Source: Hormoscilla sp.
Lineage (GTDB): Bacteria > Cyanobacteriota > Cyanobacteriia > Cyanobacteriales > Desertifilaceae
Length of the DNA stretch: 42,181 nt
NCBI GenBank assembly: GCA_051439505.1
Contig: JBFRWI010000126.1
Location: forward strand, 1 to 42,181
Direction of reading: 5' to 3'
The notes under the pieces were generated by a model. That model made no database searches and was not told the DNA's origin. It saw only the letters and a list, made by a program, of their open reading frames with translations. The translations under genes were made by a program, and so were the position numbers. This document shows positions 10,113 through 18,844 of this stretch, piece by piece (the stretch's first letter is position 1; every line of letters begins with the position of its first letter).

Positions 10113-10171
10113 CAGTAAAGTTGGTATCTTTATAGCGAGAGTATCCGATAGTTGACCAAGGAGATGTGATT

Positions 10172-10825
10172 ATGTCTAAAGTTTCTTGGTACATGGTCTA
10201 TGTTGATAAAGATCCTGATGATATTTACAAAGGTTGGGGTTGGGTAGAGATGAAAGTTGAGGATAGTAAAAAGTTTAACAACCTAACTAGGGATCCAGAG
10301 TCCTACACTGTAAAACTTCCCCAAATGCCTTTGGTAGAGCGATGGAAAATAGTCAACAGTGGAAATCTACCATCTAGAGGTAAAGGTGGAACAAAGAAAT
10401 TTAATATCAACATAAACGGTGAAATTATTACTGTTCGTGCTCAAAAATCATTAACGAATAAAGCCGTATGTGCTTGGGTTAAGTCTTGGGCACCTCCGAA
10501 CACAAAAATTATTACACCCGGAAATAGAGAACTCTCACTTGATGGGGAAAAATTAACTCATGAGATTCATTTCATTTACTTCATTCTCAACAAAGATAGT
10601 AATGCGATAAAAATTGGTAGAACGAAAAATATAGATAGCCGAATGAAATCATTACAAACCTCTAGTCCTGCCAAACTAGAGTTACTGAAATCTATATCGG
10701 TTCAAGGTCAGGACAAGGCTCAAGAACAAGAACTCTCCCTTCATAAGCAGTTTGACGATTTGAGAATTAACGGAGAGTGGTTTAAAGCTGAATCTCGTTT
10801 GGTGAATTACATAAATCAGTTATGA
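10172..10825 (+). CDS. GIY-YIG (T5orf172/MUG113-like) nuclease-domain protein with unrecognised N-terminal domain
   Basis: C-terminal IYFI..AIKIGRT..RMKSLQTSSP..E..LHKQF..RINGEWF; AAGGAG RBS; AT-rich. Confidence 0.8.
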   Translation: MSKVSWYMVYVDKDPDDIYKGWGWVEMKVEDSKKFNNLTRDPESYTVKLPQMPLVERWKIVNSGNLPSRGKGGTKKFNININGEIITVRAQKSLTNKAVCAWVKSWAPPNTKIITPGNRELSLDGEKLTHEIHFIYFILNKDSNAIKIGRTKNIDSRMKSLQTSSPAKLELLKSISVQGQDKAQEQELSLHKQFDDLRINGEWFKAESRLVNYINQL

Positions 10826-10833
10826 CAACAAAC

Positions 10834-10988
10834 CGGGTGTGGTCATGCATTTGTTGGTTCCGATCCCCCCCAAACCCCCCCTTCCAAAAGGGGGGGCCTT
10901 CCTGAAGCCCCCCTTTTCAAGGGGGGTTTGGGGGGATCCGGCGACTGGGAGGGCCGTCCGAACGATCAACGGGTTTTGACCACACCCG
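10834..10988. mobile_element. 155-bp TIR-bounded element (CGGGTGTGGTCA) enclosing a poly-C/poly-G hairpin
   Basis: TIR 10834-10845 / 10977-10988; solo right ends at ~11051-11073 and ~14520-14540; no clear TSD. Confidence 0.7.
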
Positions 10989-11184
10989 TACCTGAGTTGC
11001 TAAACTATCAAATAAATACTCGTTAAATTAAACCAAAAATGTTATCATTATCAACGGGTTTTGACCACACCCGTTTAATTTGGCCGAAAGTCATTTCATT
11101 CCATTATTGTCATCGAACAGGATCTGGAATTTGTCCGCCAAATGGATCCCAAGGGGACAGGTGGGCAATGCCCACCCGACATGC

Positions 11185-12357
11185 TTAATACTGGGGTACC
11201 GAGGGATCGACTTCTTTACTCCAGGCTGTAATGCCGCCTTTGACATTAATGCCTTCTATCCCAGCTGCTTTGAGAATACCCAAGGCTTTAGCAGAACGCC
11301 CACCCATCTTGCAATGAGCGATCAACTTGTGACCGTTGAGCGCTTGTTTAACCTTCTCGACGCCTTCACCCCGTTCAATTTCCGGTAATGGCACGAGGAT
11401 AGAACCGGGAATCTTGGCAATTTCGTACTCGTGGGGGTTGCGAACATCCACCAGGACGAAATCATCCGCGCCACTATCCATCAATTGCTTGAGTTCGGTG
11501 ACGGTCATTTCCTGTATTTCTGCTTGTTGTTTTGCTGCTTCCATCTTTGCTTGAGGAATTCCACAGAATTGTTCGTAATCAATTAATTTCTCAATCACCG
11601 GACGCACTGGATTGGGTCGTAATTTTAGTTCCCGGAATGTCATCTTCAGAGCATCATACAGCAACAGGCGTCCGCTGAGGGTCGTACCCTTACCCGTGAT
11701 AATTTTAACTGTTTCTGTTGCTTGGATGATACCAATCATCCCAGGCAAAATCCCTAAAACCCCTCCTTCTGCACAGGATGGCACCATTCCCGGCGGTGGG
11801 GGTTCGGGGTAGAGGTCGCGGTAGTTGGGACCTTCTTCGTAGTTGAAGACTGTTGCTTGACCTTCAAACCCGAAAATCGAACCATAGACGTTGGGTTTAT
11901 TCAGCAGCACGCAGGCGTCATTCACCAGATAGCGGGTGGGGAAGTTATCCGTGCCATCCACGACAATGTCATAAGGTTCAATGATGGACAGGGCGTTTTC
12001 CGAACTGATGCGGGTATTGTACAGGTCTACTTGGCAGTTAGGATTGATTTCGTGAATCCGATTTTTGGCTGATTCGATTTTGGGTTTGCCTACCCAAGAT
12101 GTGCCATGGATCACCTGACGTTGCAGGTTGGAACTATCCACCACATCAAAATCGACAATGCCGATTCGTCCTACTCCCGCTGCGGCCAGGTATAGCAGCT
12201 GGGGCGAACCGAGTCCACCCGTGCCAATGCACAAGACCTTGGCCGCTTTTAGCCGTTTTTGCCCTTCCACTCCGATTTCCGATAGGATCAGATGGCGGGA
12301 GTATCGTTCGTATTCTTCTTTGGTGAGCTGGATTTCCTCCAGATTGGGATTGAGCAT
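11185..12357 (-). CDS. moeB: Molybdopterin-synthase adenylyltransferase MoeB with rhodanese domain (MoeZ/MoeBR type)
   Basis: RYSRHLIL, GTGGLG, DVVDSSNLQRQ, DGTDNFPTRY, PSCAEGGVLG; C-terminal rhodanese HCKMGGRS. Confidence 0.95.
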   Translation of the reverse strand: MLNPNLEEIQLTKEEYERYSRHLILSEIGVEGQKRLKAAKVLCIGTGGLGSPQLLYLAAAGVGRIGIVDFDVVDSSNLQRQVIHGTSWVGKPKIESAKNRIHEINPNCQVDLYNTRISSENALSIIEPYDIVVDGTDNFPTRYLVNDACVLLNKPNVYGSIFGFEGQATVFNYEEGPNYRDLYPEPPPPGMVPSCAEGGVLGILPGMIGIIQATETVKIITGKGTTLSGRLLLYDALKMTFRELKLRPNPVRPVIEKLIDYEQFCGIPQAKMEAAKQQAEIQEMTVTELKQLMDSGADDFVLVDVRNPHEYEIAKIPGSILVPLPEIERGEGVEKVKQALNGHKLIAHCKMGGRSAKALGILKAAGIEGINVKGGITAWSKEVDPSVPQY

Positions 12358-12415
12358 AGCGATGTCTAAGATTATTGCGCTGTGTCGAGTTTTACATTTT
12401 AACCAGGTTTGTACC

Positions 12416-12937
12416 CTAGCTTGGTTCTATCTTAAGGATTTTTTCGGGTTGGAATTGGCGATCGCCATCCAGACACCAGCATCTGAGGTCTGCTCCGATG
12501 TCTCCGGGATGCTTCGCAAAAACCCCGGAGACATCGGCCTTTCCTCTTTGGACTGATACTATTATATAGGAGTATTCCTCCCAGGCGATCGCCCGATCGA
12601 ACTCTGATGGCAGGGCGGGGTGGTCCGGGTGGGAGTGATAGACGCCGATGATGTCCAGATCGCGATCGCGTGCTTGTTTTTGGACTGAGAGTAGGGTGTC
12701 GGGGGCAATGGAGTATCGTTCGCGTCTGGTAGTACCCAGTTTCGCTGACCCTGTAATTTCACTGAAAGCTTGGGCAGCGCTGTCATCCCAACTGTTTTCC
12801 GTTGGCAAAACTTCTATGAGAGTTTTGACATCTCCGGATATCTTACCTAATAGCAAGCCACAGCATTCTGACGAATACCTACTTTCCGCGTCCGCTTTTA
12901 TTTCCTGGAGATGGTGAGGTTGGACTTTGATTACCAT
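12416..12937 (-). CDS. M67 family JAMM/MPN+ (Mov34) metallopeptidase
   Basis: ECCGLLLG and YHSHPDHPALPSEFD (HxH-x7-S-x2-D); ATG 12937 preferred. Confidence 0.92.
   Translation of the reverse strand: MVIKVQPHHLQEIKADAESRYSSECCGLLLGKISGDVKTLIEVLPTENSWDDSAAQAFSEITGSAKLGTTRRERYSIAPDTLLSVQKQARDRDLDIIGVYHSHPDHPALPSEFDRAIAWEEYSYIIVSVQRGKADVSGVFAKHPGDIGADLRCWCLDGDRQFQPEKILKIEPS
12495..12537. repeat. Hairpin with perfect 14-bp stem inside the JAMM coding sequence
   Basis: CCGATGTCTCCGGG 12495-12508 / CCCGGAGACATCGG 12524-12537. Confidence 0.9.
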
Positions 12938-13020
12938 AGTTCGTAATAATTGAATGGTCAATTGAAATAGTTATAGCTGTCCGTAAATAGAAAAATACTG
13001 CTTTTCAATTTTCTTGCAGC

Positions 13021-13134
13021 CAGCGGCGCAACGGTTGCAGACAGCGGCGCAACGGTTGCAGACAGCGGCGCAACGGTTGCAGACAGCGGCGCACCGGTTG
13101 CAGACAGCGGCGCAACGGTTGCAGACAGCGGCGC
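13021..13134. repeat. 21-bp tandem repeat (CAGCGGCGCAACGGTTGCAGA) x about 5.5
   Basis: Units start at 13021, 13042, 13063, 13084 (one substitution), 13105 and 13126 (partial); no spacers. Confidence 0.95.
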
Positions 13135-13309
13135 TACTGTTCCCTCGGATGTGGTCATATGGTGCAAGATATGAGTTAAAACAGACTAAAAACATTGTTA
13201 TCTTAGCTATGATTTCGACTGGACTAACGCTCTAGATGGTGTCCTTCCATAAGTTGCGAATGGAAGCTATAAAGACGCTGCACCATCTCTACAGCGCTCT
13301 AGCTATTCA

Positions 13310-13789
13310 TCAAAATAAACTGGGTAAATCACCATTTTCATAATCAACATCAATCGAATTGCCATTTTCGGCAGATGCTCTTGCGAGGCGATCGCATTCT
13401 TCATTGAAGTGGTTGCCGTTGTGTCCTTTGATCCAATTCCAATTGATATCGTGCTTTTCACAGCAAGTATCAATTTTTTGCCATAAATCAATATTCTTGA
13501 CTGGTTTTTTGTTTGTAGTTTTCCAGCCATTGCGCTTCCATGACTTAATCCAATTTGTTATGCCTTGCTGCACGTACTTAGAATCAGTAAACATCTCTAC
13601 ATGACAAGTAAATTTCAGTGAATTTAATCCGGCAATGCAACCCAGCAATTCCATGCGATTGCTAGTGGTTTTGCGAAAACCATCACTAACTATTTTTTGA
13701 TGTTCGCCATAAATCAAGATTGATGCGTATCCTCCTTTTCCAGGATTTCCCAAACAAGAACCATCTGTGTATATTTGGACATTTTTCAT
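13310..13789 (-). CDS. rnhA: Ribonuclease HI
   Basis: YTDGSCLGNPG, TTSNRMEL, TDSKYV, PVKNIDLW, WIKGHNG..NEECDRLA; catalytic D-E-D-D present; AAGGAG RBS. Confidence 0.95.
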   Translation of the reverse strand: MKNVQIYTDGSCLGNPGKGGYASILIYGEHQKIVSDGFRKTTSNRMELLGCIAGLNSLKFTCHVEMFTDSKYVQQGITNWIKSWKRNGWKTTNKKPVKNIDLWQKIDTCCEKHDINWNWIKGHNGNHFNEECDRLARASAENGNSIDVDYENGDLPSLF

Positions 13790-14607
13790 TTTTCTTGCTC
13801 CTTGATTTTATTTAACGTGGGTTATACTTCAGGGCACTGGTATTGATGTAGTACGAGCTGGTAAGTAGGCGTGCCTTGGTAAACTTAATTACGATAAATT
13901 GATGCATGAATCAATTATTTTGATGCTCCGACTCTAACATTGGTCTAGTAATCGCGTTCCTATTTCTTGGGCGATCGGGTGTCATGTGAAATGGCAGCAA
14001 CCCCTTGCTTGTCTGGAACGCTACCGGCATACTTATATTAAATCCGGATTTTTGCGCAGGCTCCGGGATGGGACGATCGGTTCGTAGTAAGCGCTTTAGC
14101 GCTTGCTTAGCTGTGCTATTATCTTATCCCAAAACTCCTACAATTGTCAAGGGTGGATCTCGCTCGATACCTGTAGTCCTAGTCAATGCCCAGAAAGGGA
14201 GGGGAGCATCTCGATTTTATCAAAGATAACAATTTCTCCTCTTCTATCTCCATCATCTCCGTCCCGAACCGTCATTTCCGTCATCTACATACCCACAATG
14301 AGATACACCGGTTGGGTTGAGGCACGAAACCCAACCTACGAACTGCTGGTGGGCGGTGCCCACCCTACGATTAAATTAAGAAATCTTCGGTGACATTCGC
14401 CTCCCCTAATCCTACTTTAACTGTAAACCGATCGCCTTGCTGACCTCGAAATTCCAGTTGGATGCAGTTTTGCCCCGGGTGAGATACTTTTTAAGGGGAA
14501 CTGGGGGGGATCGATTTACCAACGGGTTTTGACCACACCCCAATTGTTCCTCTCCTGGGTCGGAGTTAGTATACTATAAACAAAGCCCGTGATTGAGTCA
14601 AGATGCT

Positions 14608-14811
14608 ATGAACACTTTGAAAGAGTCCTATGTAGTTGATGCCGATGGTAATACCATTGGGGTACTGCTGGATCTAGAATATTACCAGCAACTGCTCGCA
14701 CAGTCAGAAGAGCTAGAGTCAATTCATGCCTATGATGCTGCTAAGGCATCAGGGGATGATGCCTTTCCTTTCGAGCAGGCGATCGCGGAAATAGAACAGA
14801 ATCACCAATGA
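14608..14811 (+). CDS. Putative antitoxin (RelB-position small acidic protein)
   Basis: YVVDADGNTIGVLLDLEYYQQLL..EELESIHAYDAAK..FEQAIAEIE; ATGA overlap with RelE remnant. Confidence 0.7.
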   Translation: MNTLKESYVVDADGNTIGVLLDLEYYQQLLAQSEELESIHAYDAAKASGDDAFPFEQAIAEIEQNHQ

Positions 14812-14866
14812 ATTACGATATTTTTATTTTACGGTCTGCTCAGAAGCAATTGAGTAAATTGCCCAG
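14808..14866 (+). pseudogene. RelE/ParE toxin N-terminal remnant
   Basis: MNYDIFILRSAQKQLSKLP matches the RelE start pattern; the rest of the ORF is antisense read-through of the next gene. Confidence 0.65.
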
Positions 14867-14919
14867 ATTCTGTCAGCCCTATAGTTTTATTCTGGGAGGC
14901 TGGCAGATTTATGCAAAAA

Positions 14920-15474
14920 TTAGGCAACTCCCCTGTACTTGCGAGCCTCCAGGGCTTGCTCCAACAGGCTCAAAGAACCATCTGGCAGGGCTTCTTCCAG
15001 ACTCAGCAGCAGCCATTCTCCCAACTGTTCCTCTCCAGGGTCGGAGCCAGTTTCCAGCACCGCCTGGAGTCGCGGCATGGCAACTTCATCCACTACCTTG
15101 ATCAAAGTGCCGAGACTGCGATCGAACTGCCGTTCCGTGAGGGAAGCATCTTCCAGGGGGAATGCGATGGATGCGCCGACTTCTCCATCGATGGGATTAT
15201 ATTCCCAGCGGAGCATCTTGCTTTGCCAGGAAATGGTCAGCATAGTTTGGAACAGCTTTTCTTTGTGGATGTGGTTTTTGGCTTGTAGCAGGTCAGGGGC
15301 TGTCAGTTCCAGGTATTCGCCCTCTTCTGTGAGGTGGATGAGGATCAGAAATTGGTCCACATTTTCCGCCTTGACGCCCGTGATAATGCGGGAGTCATTC
15401 GAGTCGTCTAGAAGTTCGTAGTTCCAGTGCCGATTGTCCAGATAGCGGGCTATTTGCTGTATGGTGGTGGACAC
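14920..15474 (-). CDS. YbjN-like (T3SS-chaperone-fold) hypothetical protein
   Basis: IARYLDNRHWNY, LRWEYNPIDGEV..FPLEDASLTERQF; strong GGAGG RBS; GTG start. Confidence 0.65.
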   Translation of the reverse strand: MSTTIQQIARYLDNRHWNYELLDDSNDSRIITGVKAENVDQFLILIHLTEEGEYLELTAPDLLQAKNHIHKEKLFQTMLTISWQSKMLRWEYNPIDGEVGASIAFPLEDASLTERQFDRSLGTLIKVVDEVAMPRLQAVLETGSDPGEEQLGEWLLLSLEEALPDGSLSLLEQALEARKYRGVA

Positions 15475-15623
15475 GATCGCCTCCTCCTGTTGTTGCTTAC
15501 TACTTACTCATCTGGCGAAGGCGATAAGTTTATGCAGTCGCGTAAGGGATCTACGTAGGTTGGGTTGAGGCACGAAACCCAACGCCAACGGACGCCAACG
15601 GTAGATCTAGGTTGGGTTTCGAC

Positions 15624-15914
15624 TTATTTTACTTTAGTCTCTGCATCAAGTTCGCGGTAATAAGCTTCGCGGGTCGCATCTAGTTCGCGACGATATTCTT
15701 GCATATATCCTAATACTTCATCGAATAAAGGATTATTTGTGAGGGTAGCAGGAACCATTAACAAAGGATGCTGCGGCTGAGTTGTCGCCGCTGTCTGCTG
15801 TGGCTTTTTCAGCCGTCGTCGGTGCAGTTGGTCAAATAATAAGGCTCGATCTTTTGGAGACAGGGACTCAATGTATTCTATTACCGTTTCTAATGATAGA
15901 GAAGCGTTCATCAT
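15624..15914 (-). CDS. Small antitoxin-like protein, paralog 1 of 3
   Basis: LSLETVIEYIESLSP..LLF N-terminus and PLFDEVL..YRRELD C-terminus shared with neighbours. Confidence 0.7.
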   Translation of the reverse strand: MMNASLSLETVIEYIESLSPKDRALLFDQLHRRRLKKPQQTAATTQPQHPLLMVPATLTNNPLFDEVLGYMQEYRRELDATREAYYRELDAETKVK

Positions 15915-15940
15915 CTTGTTTGGGGTTTAAGCTTATTGAC

Positions 15941-16228
15941 TCATTTTACCTCCTCCTCGGCGTCTAGTTGACGATCGTATGCTTCCATTTCGGAATCCAG
16001 TTCGCGGCGATATTCTTCTATATACGCCAAGACTTCATCATATTGGGGATCGTCCTCAAATGTTCCAGCTAACCTCACCCAAGGGTTATCCGATCGGGTA
16101 TGCTGTGATTGACATGGCGTTTCCAGCCCTCGTTTGTGCAGTTCGTCAAATAAAAAGGCTCGATCTTCTGGAGACAGGGACTCTATGTATTCTATTACCC
16201 TTTCCAAGGATAGAGTATCGTTCATCAT
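15941..16228 (-). CDS. Small antitoxin-like protein, paralog 2 of 3
   Basis: Same N-terminus; NPWVRLAGTFEDDPQYDEVLAYIEEYRRELD. Confidence 0.7.
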   Translation of the reverse strand: MMNDTLSLERVIEYIESLSPEDRAFLFDELHKRGLETPCQSQHTRSDNPWVRLAGTFEDDPQYDEVLAYIEEYRRELDSEMEAYDRQLDAEEEVK

Positions 16229-16257
16229 CTTTTTTTGAGTTTACCCTTCTTGACGCT

Positions 16258-16378
16258 GGGTGCATCGAAAGCCGTGCAAATAGATCTGTAGGGGCGAAGC
16301 CTTTGGGCGACAATATTAGTCATATATAGACATTAGTTCTGTCCAAATGCTTCGCCCATCGCGTAGTGAGATGCACCC
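16258..16378. mobile_element. 121-bp MITE-like element, TIR GGGTGCATC, 8-bp TSD TTGACGCT, carrying a GTAG REP hairpin
   Basis: GGGTGCATC 16258-16266 / GATGCACCC 16370-16378; TTGACGCT at 16250-16257 and 16379-16386; internal GGGCGAAGC..TTTGG / CCAAATGCTTCGCCC. Confidence 0.88.
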
Positions 16379-16483
16379 TTGACGCTCGTATATCGTATAT
16401 TTATTTTAGCATTTATGGTAGCTATCGGGAATATTATGGACATCATACAGAAAATGCGATCGCTTCCTATGCTTGCCACAGTT

Positions 16484-16744
16484 TTAAACTGAATAAGCTT
16501 CCATTTCGGCATCCAGTTGGCGGCGATAAGCTTCCATATCTGCTAAAAAATTATCGAACAATGGATCGTCTTTATACTTACCAGCTAACCTCACCCAAGG
16601 GTTAGCAGATCGGGTATGCTGTGACTGAGGGGGATTTTCCAGCTCTCGCCGGTGCAGTTTGTCAAACAATAAGGCTTCGTCTTCTGGAGACAGGGACTCA
16701 ATGTATTCTATTACCGTTTCCAAGGAGAGAGTATCGTGCATCAT
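16484..16744 (-). CDS. Small antitoxin-like protein, paralog 3 of 3 (C-terminally shortened)
   Basis: Same N-terminus; NPWVRLAGKYKDDPLFD..YRRQLDAE. Confidence 0.7.
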   Translation of the reverse strand: MMHDTLSLETVIEYIESLSPEDEALLFDKLHRRELENPPQSQHTRSANPWVRLAGKYKDDPLFDNFLADMEAYRRQLDAEMEAYSV

Positions 16745-16932
16745 CTTGTTTGGGGTTTTCGCTTATTGACCATCATTCATTTATTTTAGCAGATTAGGTT
16801 AGGAAATGGCTACAGGCGATCTCTCTCAATAGTTGAGGCCATGGCAGGCGATCGCCTTTGACATAAAAATAGTATAATTATCATCTCTTTTGTAAGATAA
16901 AAATAGCACTTCCAGGAGGAGACAGATTAAAC

Positions 16933-18736
16933 ATGAGTGAGACGATAAGTCCGGCAACCCAGCAAGTGTCCGACTGGTTGACGCAGTTTGGTGGAGCCCT
17001 CAGCCGTGGGGACGTGGCTGCTGCGGTAGAGATGTTTGACACCGAAAGCTACTGGCGCGATCTGGTCCCCTTCACCTGGAATATCGCGACCCTCTCCGGA
17101 CCCGACGCTATTCGGGCCATGTTGGCAGAGACCCTGTCCCAGGTGCGGCCCGGCCAGTGGCGTATTGAAGGGGAGGGCACCTCTGCTAATGGAGTGACCG
17201 AGGCATGGTTTACCTTCGAGACCGCAGTGGCCCGAGGCAAGGGTCATGTGCGCCTGAAAGGGGACAAGTGCTGGACCCTCTTGACCACCATGACCGAACT
17301 CAAGGGCTACGAGGAAAAACGGGGGACAACCCGCGAGCCGGGAGTGGCCCAAGGAGCCTTTCAGCCTCGGCAAACCTGGCTGGAACGCAAGACTCAGGAA
17401 GAAGCGGAACTGGGCTACACCCGGCAGCCCTACTGCGTCATTATCGGCGGCGGCCAGGGGGGCATTGCCCTGGGGGCGAGGTTGAAACGGCTGGAAGTGC
17501 CCACCATCATTATTGAGAAAAACGAACGCCCCGGTGATTCCTGGCGCAAACGCTATAAGTCCCTCTGTCTGCACGATCCCGTGTGGTACGATCACCTGCC
17601 ATACCTGCCCTTTCCGGACCATTGGCCCGTGTTTTCTCCCAAAGACAAAATCGCTGACTGGTTGGAGATGTACGCCAAGGTCATGGAACTGAACTACTGG
17701 ACCTCCTCCGAATGCCAGCACGCGGAGTATGACGAGACTAGGGAGACCTGGACTGTGACCGTTAACCGTGGGGGCCAGACCGTGGTATTGCACCCCAAAC
17801 AGTTGGTATTGGCTACGGGCATGTCCGGGGTGCCGAATGTACCCGAGTTTCCTGGGGCCCATAGCTTTGAGGGGGTACAGCATCACTCCAGTCGCTATAC
17901 TAGCGGGGAATATTACCGGGGCCAAAAGTGCATTGTGGTGGGGGCCTGCAACTCAGCTCACGACATTTGCGCCAATCTGTGGGAACATGGGGCTGAGGTG
18001 ACCATGATTCAGCGTTCCTCCACCCACGTAACCAGATCGGAGGCACTGCTGGATCTGGTCCTTGGGGATCTCTACTCGGAACGGGCGGTTGCCAATGGCA
18101 TTACCGCCGAGATGGCCGACCTGATCTTTGCCTCCGTGCCTTACAAGATTCTGCCTGCCCTCCAGACTCCCATCTACGAGGAGATGGCCCGACGGGACGC
18201 TGATTTCTACGCCCGGCTGGAAAAAGCTGGCTTCCTACTGGATTTTGGGGAGGATGGTTCGGGTCTGTTTGTGAAATACCTGCGCCGGGGTTCGGGCTAC
18301 TACATTGATGTCGGGGCTTCCGAATTGGTGGCGGATGGCAAAATTGGGCTGAAAAGTGGGGTCACGATCGAGCAAATCAAACCCCATTCAGTGGTGCTTA
18401 CCGATGGTAAGCGAGCTACTGGCGGACTTGATTGTCTATGCTACTGGCTATGGCTCGATGAACGGCTGGGCGGCCCAGCTGATTTCCCAGGAAGTGGCCG
18501 ATCGGGTAGGCAAATGTTGGGGCTTGGGGTCGGGGACGAGTAAGGATCCCGGGCCCTGGGAGGGGGAACTGCGCAATATGTGGAAGCCCACCCATCAACC
18601 GGGTTTGTGGTTCCACGGCGGCAATTTGCACCAGTCGCGCCACTACTCGCAGTTTTTGTCTCTACAGATTAAGGCCCGCATGGAGGGCTTGGCAACTCCG
18701 GTTTACGGCATGGGCCCGGTTCATCACCTAAGCTAA
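16933..18736 (+). pseudogene. Flavin-containing monooxygenase (class B, about 600 aa, SnoaL-like N-terminus) with a 1-nt frameshift
   Basis: GGGQGG, DSWRKRY..LHDP, LATG, FEGVQHHSSRY; an extra A at 18409-18410 separates VVLTDG from SELLADLIVYATGYG; removing it gives 600 aa. Confidence 0.88.
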
Positions 18737-18844
18737 TAACATTTGGGAAAGCGGTAGAATGCTGATTTGAGCCGTTTCCCCAAAAACTGGAGGATTGACA
18801 ATGAAAATGTAATTTTATAGAATTTATAAGTACGGTTTCCAAGA

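Noticed and set aside
11185..12937. CBASS/Bil-type ubiquitin-like defence system (E1 + JAB)
   Set aside because: The E1 is an ordinary MoeB-rhodanese with host-like composition; no E2, cyclase or Ubl gene is adjacent
13021..13134. CRISPR array
   Set aside because: Units are contiguous with no spacers and there are no cas genes
13230..13816. rnhA as an integron gene cassette
   Set aside because: GTTAAAT precedes the RBS on the minus strand, but no matching RYYYAAC/GTTRRRY attC bounds the downstream hairpin and no integrase is present
14808..15421. Plus-strand ORFs of 97-160 aa
   Set aside because: Antisense to the YbjN-like gene; only the first ~19 codons at 14808 look RelE-like
16858..16878. 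TTGACA/TATAAT promoter for the monooxygenase
   Set aside because: Spacer is only 9 nt
16927..17925. 332-aa antisense ORF
   Set aside because: Shadow of the GC-rich monooxygenase gene with no recognisable motifs
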